Shown in pieces: positions 56,684 to 64,000 of a stretch of 64,000 bases of DNA. Position 1 is the stretch's first letter. Each line of letters begins with the position of its first letter. The notes beneath the pieces are model-generated. The model worked only from the letters and a program-made list of their open reading frames with translations. It was not told where the DNA came from and made no database searches. The position numbers and the translations under genes are program-made. Source of the stretch: Octopus vulgaris (taxonomy: Eukaryota); NCBI GenBank assembly GCA_951406725.2, contig OX597820.1, forward strand, positions 56,854,001-56,918,000. The letters are read 5' to 3'.

Positions 56684-56963
56684 TCCTTTCGCTGCGGAAA
56701 TATTCCAGGGAGAAAATTTTCCTCATAGACAATATTCGTGAAAACACAGTAGGTTATGAATGATATCATCCGGTCGTAGGACTCATGCGTTTCTGCATTT
56801 TTACGCTTCATAATCTACAGATACCGAATTAGTCGTTCACAACCCTCAGAGAACCATCGTTTATATAAATAAAACAGTTAATACTGCTTTTGCTGATGTG
56901 CGCATCCCTAGGCGATCTCTATGTACAAAAATTTCTCCGAAGAATATTCCCACTGTGAAAGGA
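56684..56963. mobile_element. Old MITE-like relic with about 45-bp degenerate inverted arms
   Basis: TCCTTTCGCTGCGGAAATATTCCAGGGAGAAAATTTTCCTCATAG matches the reverse complement of CTATGTACAAAAATTTCTCCGAAGAATATTCCCACTGTGAAAGGA. Confidence 0.55.
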
Positions 56964-57064
56964 ATATCGTTCTATTTGTCAAAGTTCGTATTAACCGGCA
57001 TCTTTTTTTGCTTGAAAATCCTACCATTTCCAGAATATCACTTAGTGGCATAAAAAAAGAGAAG

Positions 57065-57399
57065 GATCTCCTTCGGTTATGAATAACCATGGGATTACAC
57101 TTAGAAAGTTACTCTCCGAGGCACAAGTTCGGGAAAGGTTGTTTATAGAAGACCAACAGTCGCCCATGCATACAAGCCTTCCCTCTCCATCGATGCTATC
57201 CAAGGGAAAGGCAAACGCCGGTACAGCTTAGTTTGGCACTAGTGACGTCACAAGTCATTTCTGCAGCTGAGTGAACTGCAAGAACATGAAATAAAGTGTC
57301 TTGCTTGAGGACACAACACACAGCCCGGTCCGAGAATCGAAGTCACTACCTCGTGACTGTGAGCCCGACACGCTAACCACTGAGCCATTCGCCTTCACC
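57065..57399 (-). mobile_element. SINE family C (tRNA head, CORE-like block, distinct tail)
   Basis: Minus strand reads GTGAAGGCGAATGGCTCAGTGGTTAG...TTCGATTC...CAAGCAAGACACTTTATTTCA; tail shared with 8755-8930. Confidence 0.8.
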
Positions 57400-57412
57400 A
57401 ATAATTATTAGT

Positions 57413-57817
57413 ATTCTTTTCTTTTATTTGTTTCAGTCATTTGGCTGCGGCCATGCTGGAGCACTGCCTTTAGTTGAAGAAATTTCCTCCAAGACTCCTT
57501 CTTTGTAAGCCTAGTACCTTTTGCCGAACCGCTAAGTTACAGGGACGTAAGTGCACCAACATCGGTTGTCAAGCGATGGTGAGAGAACAGACACAGACAC
57601 ACAAACACACACACACACACACATGAACACACATATATAAATATATATACACGATGAGCTTCTTTCAGTTTCCGTCTACCAAATCCACTCACAAAGCTTT
57701 GGTCGGCTATTGGCTATAGTAGAAGACACTTGCCCATGTTGCCACGCAGTGGGACTGAACTTCCGAACCATGTGGTTGGTAAGCAAGCTACTTACTACAC
57801 AACCACTCCTGCGCCTA
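57413..57817 (-). mobile_element. SINE family A
   Basis: Match to family A. Confidence 0.85.
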
Positions 57818-58797
57818 TAAATGAATATTTAATATATTTTGTATCGCCTATGGATCATATAAATTTAAGTAACCAAGATAGAGAAGCTGCAAGTTTCAAA
57901 GCAGTTGTCCATAGGTATTCTTCTTACTGATTTTGGAAAAGATGTTTAAATCTGCAGGCAACTAATCTCTGTGGCTATTGCTCGGAGGTTAATTTAGGTT
58001 ACCCGTAGAATATAAGTTCATTTCTCAGAGAATGATGAAACCTACTTTATAGAGTCAAGACATCCCCAAACATTTGTGAATTTATGGATGAAATAATGTG
58101 TGCTTGTATGCGGAGGTGCGTCGATATACTTGTTCTCATATAACCGCAGTACAAGTTACTTTAGTACACCATTCTGCAATCAGTCAGGTGTCCCTCTAAT
58201 GTTCAAGGGTCGACACGGTAAGATTGCCCAGTTTTCTTTGTGTTGTGTTGCATGCATACAATCAGCTAGGCTCTTGTTTCCAGTTCATTATTTGATGTTG
58301 TCAGTTCACAGACGTCTTTGATCGACTCTTGCTCTCTTTCCCCACCATACCTCCTACAAAAAGGACCTTAAACAAATAACCGTGGCTTATATCACAAATA
58401 TGAAGGCTTTGTGGTGTTGATATCAACAATAGGTGTCTTTGGACATTCATCTTTTACACTATGCGCGTATTTGATTATACTGTGCTTGTGTGTATTTGTG
58501 TGTGTGATACGAACACATGCAATTCTAGGAAACACTGATGGAGAAATGTTTTGGAATATTTTACGAATATCCTCTAAAGAAATTATCAGTCAGATTTGAA
58601 GGACGCAAATCAGTTTGCATTGGTCTTTCATGGTAAATCCCGCAATCTTGTTATATAGTCCATTTCAGCTGATAATAGCTAAAAAGAGAATATATATAAT
58701 CAGGCCACGCGTACTATAAGAATATATGCATGCGTTTATACAGCTATGTACATATATACCTATATGTATATGCGCATATATATACATATACATACAT

Positions 58798-58861
<64 letters not shown>

Positions 58862-59052
58862 ATCGATGGATGGATGGATATATATGCATACAAAGGCGCG
58901 CACATTTACGTCTGCACTCTTCGAAGTTCAAAGCGATAAAACTGGTAGTAACCTATTATTCAGGCTCATAGGAACAGACAACACACACGCACACACACAC
59001 ACATGTGCGTGTAGGTTATATGTAATATTACATAGAGCTATATTAGTATCGT

Positions 59053-59094
<42 letters not shown>

Positions 59095-59212
59095 TGTATG
59101 AGAGAATGAGAGAGAGAGAGAGAAAGCAAGAGATAGATAGATACACAAATATATACGTATATGTCTGTGAATATACAATATATAACGTGATCTAATATAA
59201 TGATATGATATA

Positions 59213-59248
<36 letters not shown>

Positions 59249-59555
59249 GTCTCTCTCACTCTCTCTCTATATATATGTATGTGTGTATGTATGTATATAT
59301 GCATATATGTATGTATATATATTCGTATATGTCTATATATATATATATGTATGTATATAAATATATATACATATATATATGTATATATATATGTATTCAT
59401 ATATATATACATATGCATATATATACATATATATATATGCATATATATATGTGTGCGTATATATATTTATATACATATACATACAATATATATATACATA
59501 TACATATACATATACATATATATATGTATATGTATATGTATATATATATTGTATG

Positions 59556-59593
<38 letters not shown>

Positions 59594-59612
59594 TATATAT
59601 ATATACATATAC

Positions 59613-59689
<77 letters not shown>

Positions 59690-59769
59690 TACATATATTT
59701 GTGTCAGTTACTGTGTGTAATGGCCATAATAGAACAACAGTCGACATTAATAACTAATAGCACATACTG

Positions 59770-59809
<40 letters not shown>

Positions 59810-60488
59810 GCGCGCGCGCACAGATGCAACTATGTACTTACTCATATGAATGTGTATATGTGTGAGTCTATGGTGCAGTATACGCACATAGGTTTTCTTC
59901 CCGCTAAAGCTAAACTAATAAAATCGCTACTTATCCCCATCATCGCTCCCGACCACTCCCATCGCCACCCTGTCCCCCTTTCCTTCATCCCACCGCTGCT
60001 TCCGCCCACAAGGTCCATCCCCCCACCACTATCCTTCCGCCATTCTCTTCTTTTGCCCCGCCATACAGTCTTTATCTCTTTTCGCCTTTTCTCTGTTTCT
60101 TGTTGCTGGAAATCAATATTTCCAAATATCTTGTGCAGAACCTATTTCTAGCTTCTAGGCCAAAAGGGGACACACGGTATTATGAGTTATGTGCTTGTGT
60201 GTGAATGTGTGTGAGTGCGCGTGCGTGTGTGTAAATAGGCGTGAGTGCGCGTGCGCCATGTGTATGAGCGCATGCGTGTGTGTGTGTCTGTGTGTCACTG
60301 TGTGTGTGTGTATTCGAGGGTGTGACTGCGCACAAGGCGTGGTTCAAGGTTCGATTCTAATGTGCAGTTCCTTAGGAAACTTTTAATCCTTCCCCTGTTA
60401 TTTTCGAGTCGACCAACAATCACATGGTGAATAGAATATAGAATTTGGTAGAAAATGTTATAAACAACAACGTGTATGTATTACATAC

Positions 60489-60532
<44 letters not shown>

Positions 60533-60563
60533 AACTATCATTTGACATATACAATATTCATAA

Positions 60564-60664
60564 TTTATATCTCTGAAGAGCGGAAGGGTTGTCTACAAAT
60601 GCTTATCAACATAGGATTTTATTATAGGGACAACTCTTCTGCGAAACGATCGTAAGATGTTAAA
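60564..60664 (+). ncRNA. Type I hammerhead ribozyme (Penelope-type) with an intact core
   Basis: Stem I ATATCT/AGATGT. Core CTGAAGA 60573-60579. 14-bp stem II GCGGAAGGGTTGTC/GACAACTCTTCTGC. GAAA 60643-60646. Palindromic stem III CGATCG. GUA triplet, with predicted cleavage after 60654. Confidence 0.85.
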
Positions 60665-60860
60665 ATAATTAATTCGAAATTTTTAAATTATCAAATTTAT
60701 TTTATACAGTATATTTATATTTTTATATTTATTCATTTATATATATTTTTAATGCAATAATTTCTTTCACACGGGTATATCTTTATGATGAGTTTGGATA
60801 TTAATTTCCCTGTATTAATAATATATTATTAAAAAAAAATATATATATACACACATACAT

Positions 60861-61172
60861 GTGGAGGCACATGGCCTAGTGGTTAGAGCAGCGGACCTCG
60901 CGGTCGAGGGATCGTGGATTCGAATCTGAGACCTGGCGATGTGTGTGTTAATGAGCGAAACACCTAAGCTCCACGTTGTTCCAGCAGAAGGTACTTAATT
61001 CTTAAAGGCGAACTTCTGCTGATTCTTTCGCCACAACTTTCTCTCACTCTTTCCTCCGGCATCTTGCAGCTCACCTGCGACGGACCGGCGTCCCCGTCCA
61101 GGTGGTGAACCTATATGCCAAGGAACCCAGGAAACCGACCCTTATGAGCCAGGCGTGGCTCGAGAAGGAAAA
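60861..61172 (+). mobile_element. SINE, D-variant head with V-like end
   Basis: Sister copy of 34445-34750. Confidence 0.88.
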
Positions 61173-61759
61173 AAACCCAACAAAATACACAAACATATGT
61201 TTATTAATTTGCCCGGAATTGCGGGCCTTGAGCCAAAATTGGAAACCATTATATATACATATATAACTCACATACATGCGAGCGCGCATGTGTAATATTG
61301 AAAATACTACAGAGCAGCATAACGCATTCCTGCAAGATTGCGTCTGAGGAATGTACTTTATAAAAGCAGTACTCTAAACAGTATTTCATTACAATTGTAC
61401 TTCGAAGCTTAGAGTAGGGACAGTCTTCTACAAGAAAAAAAAATAATAATGTAGCAGAATCGAGATCTCTGAAGAAATGTTGCTCATCAAAAATAGGTGT
61501 TGAATATATATACTCGTTTTCCAGAACGGAACCATTTCTGAAAACCCCTGTTATATGGTGTCTCATTTCTTCATCCTAAGATTACATTATTCAATGTGAT
61601 TTTCTCCCTTATCAAGACAGAGGCCGTATCCCAGCATGGCCGCAATCCAATGACTGCAACAAATAATAAAAAAACAAAAGCTATAATTACGGCTAAATAA
61701 AAAAACTTCAGTTGCTATGCTGGCTGTGAGAAAAGATACTAGGTCATTTATAGGCAACG

Positions 61760-61902
61760 ACGTTCAAATTCCGCCGAGGTCGACTTTCCCTTTCATCCTT
61801 TAGGGGTTGATAAATTAAGTACCAGTTGTGTACTAGGGTCGATATAATCGACTTGCTCTCTTCCTCCAAATTTCAGTCCTTGTACCTATAGTAGATAGGA
61901 TT
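61760..61902 (+). mobile_element. 5'-truncated family B SINE
   Basis: GTTCAAATTCCGCCGAGGTCGACTTT... body and tail. Confidence 0.8.
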
Positions 61903-62413
61903 ATTTATTGGCAATGAAAAACTATGATGGGTAACTTGTATGCAATAAGAAGTCATTGGTGGTCAGTTATAGGCAGCGAGAAACTTTAGTGGAGGCAATT
62001 AGTAACAGTTATGGTAGTTCCTATATAGGCGATGAAAGAATATGATGTGTCATTTATAGAGAGATAAGAAACTGCTTTAGTCGATGAACCAGTGAACCTG
62101 CCTCTACATGGACGTTCGATCTGCAAGAAATTGCGAGCTAAATGTCTTTTCCTAAATTTCTTACAATATTAAAAGAGCGGAAGCTTCAGCGTGATCGCTC
62201 TACCTCCTAGAAATAACAAGCAGATATCCCTGATATCGCTAAAATCACGTCTTAGAAAAGACAAAACGAAATATCAGATTAACGAGATCTTAGTTGCAAC
62301 CACTCGATTATTACGGTTGTAATGTCTTTGATCAGAAGTCCATTTGATTGGGTTTGATTTAGGGCTAAATAAAAAAAACAATAGAACCAAGCGCAACAAC
62401 AACAGCAACAACA

Positions 62414-62780
62414 GGAGGCGCAATGACCCAGTGGTTAGGGCAGCGGACTCGCGGTCGGAGGATCGCGGTTTCGATTCCCAGACCGGGCGTTGCGTGTATT
62501 TATTGAGCGAAAACACATACATTTCTACGAGGTTCCGGCAGGGGGTGGTGACGACCCCTGTTGTACTCTTTCGCCCCAACTTTCTCTCACTCTTTCTTCC
62601 TGTTTCTTGTCCCCGACTTCCTACGCAACCGCTGAGCCTGGATGCGCATTCATCCATCCGTCGATGCTCTCGGTGTCGGGGTGTTGACCTGCTTTCTCTT
62701 CTGCGGGTCTTACGAATAGCAAAGGACCAGGTTTCGGACTTCTCCCATCTTGCGAGCTCTGGGTCGAAGACCGTTCGCTC
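62414..62780 (+). mobile_element. SINE family D head with tail type 4, 13-bp flanking direct repeat
   Basis: AACAGCAACAACA at 62401-62413 and 62781-62793. Confidence 0.88.
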
Positions 62781-63638
62781 AACAGCAACAACAAGGAAAG
62801 CAGTAACTGTAAGAAATGCTACACCAACATTGACGGCAACACGAACGTCTTCAATAACATCAGCAGCAAAAATTATCGCTAAGAATTGCAGCGAAGATAG
62901 TCTGGTATGTGGTCTCTTTTAAAGAAACCTATACAAAGTCATACGTATAAAGCTGTTAAACAGAGGAAATTAATGAATTAGTGTATGTATGTACTACGTA
63001 TGTTTATATAGATACACATATATATACATGGATACATGCTTGTATGTATGTGTATGTATGTAGTATGTATTGGGAAAGAGACACACTCTCACATAGAGCT
63101 ATACATATACACACAGCTACGTTATTGTATTTTATTGTATTTTATTTTAATGTCACCTATGATATATTAGCAAAGAACATATGTAGAAAGTAAAAGACAG
63201 AGAAGAAAAAGAAATAGAGAGAGGGGGGGATGAAGGAAGAGAGAAAAAAGAGAGGGAGAGAAAGAAATAGAGAGTGAAAGAAAGAAAGAAAAGAGAATGA
63301 GTAAGAAAGAGTGAGAGAGATTTCGGCAATGTTCTTGGCCTCAGCTTGTCTCCTCGAATATACCATTTTCAAACGTAAAAAAAAAAAAAAAAAAGAAAAA
63401 TGACTTGACTACAAGTAGATTTAATATAAAACTAAATAAAATATGGAATAAAATGGAGATTTTATAGAAACAAGGAGAAATAGTTTTAAGAAATTTCAAA
63501 ATAAAAGAATAAGAAAGTTTTTAGAAAAATATGTATGAAATAAAATAAAGTAATATTTTTTTTTTAAATGACTGAATGGAAAATATTTAAAGAGCAAAAA
63601 CAACACTCAGGAGAAAATCTGTATATGTATAAATTTTA

Positions 63639-63707
<69 letters not shown>

Positions 63708-63881
63708 ATATATACATATATATATATTTATCTACATGCGCGCGCACACACCCACACGTTTGTGTTTGTCCAGAATGAAGGAGGGAAAGAGGGAGAAGGA
63801 AAAAGAAGTAGATGAGGACTCTTGATTGCGTCCGCCATGTTAAACAGAATGTTTTTCAATTATTTATGGGAAATTTAGCAC

Positions 63882-63920
<39 letters not shown>

Positions 63921-63934
63921 GAAAGAAACAGGAT

Positions 63935-63980
<46 letters not shown>

Positions 63981-64000
63981 TGATTTAATGAAATCTAATA

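Noticed and set aside
61460-61560. CTGAAGA...GAAA motif and the overlapping minus-strand ORF 61249-61566
   Set aside because: No stem I; the peptide is unrecognised and splice signals are weak.
62344-62922. 192-aa ORF
   Set aside because: Runs through a SINE and (CAA)n.

Overview
AT-rich, microsatellite-saturated animal genomic DNA. The SINE complement and repeat landscape suggest an octopus or other coleoid cephalopod (inference). Almost all ORFs in the supplied track are read-throughs of simple repeats. One host coding exon is supportable: a 77-nt first coding exon of an SLC35F6-like transporter at 22582-22658 (+), which is too short to appear in the ORF track. I found no exon 2, so intron 1 appears to run past the window end (>41 kb). 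The remainder is mobile-element material: several tRNA-derived SINE families with interchangeable heads and tails; a nest of R4/Dong-like RLE retrotransposon 3' ends in (ATT)n arrays; CR1- and RTE-like fragments; a Tc1/mariner relic; and three MITE-like inverted-repeat elements, one with its empty site preserved nearby. The most notable signal is a set of short ORF-less islands, mostly embedded in (TA)n, carrying Penelope-type type I hammerhead ribozyme motifs. One of these is near-canonical and lies sense within the SLC35F6 intron (60564-60664). Repeat boundaries were read by eye and are approximate. Family labels A-E are my own working names.
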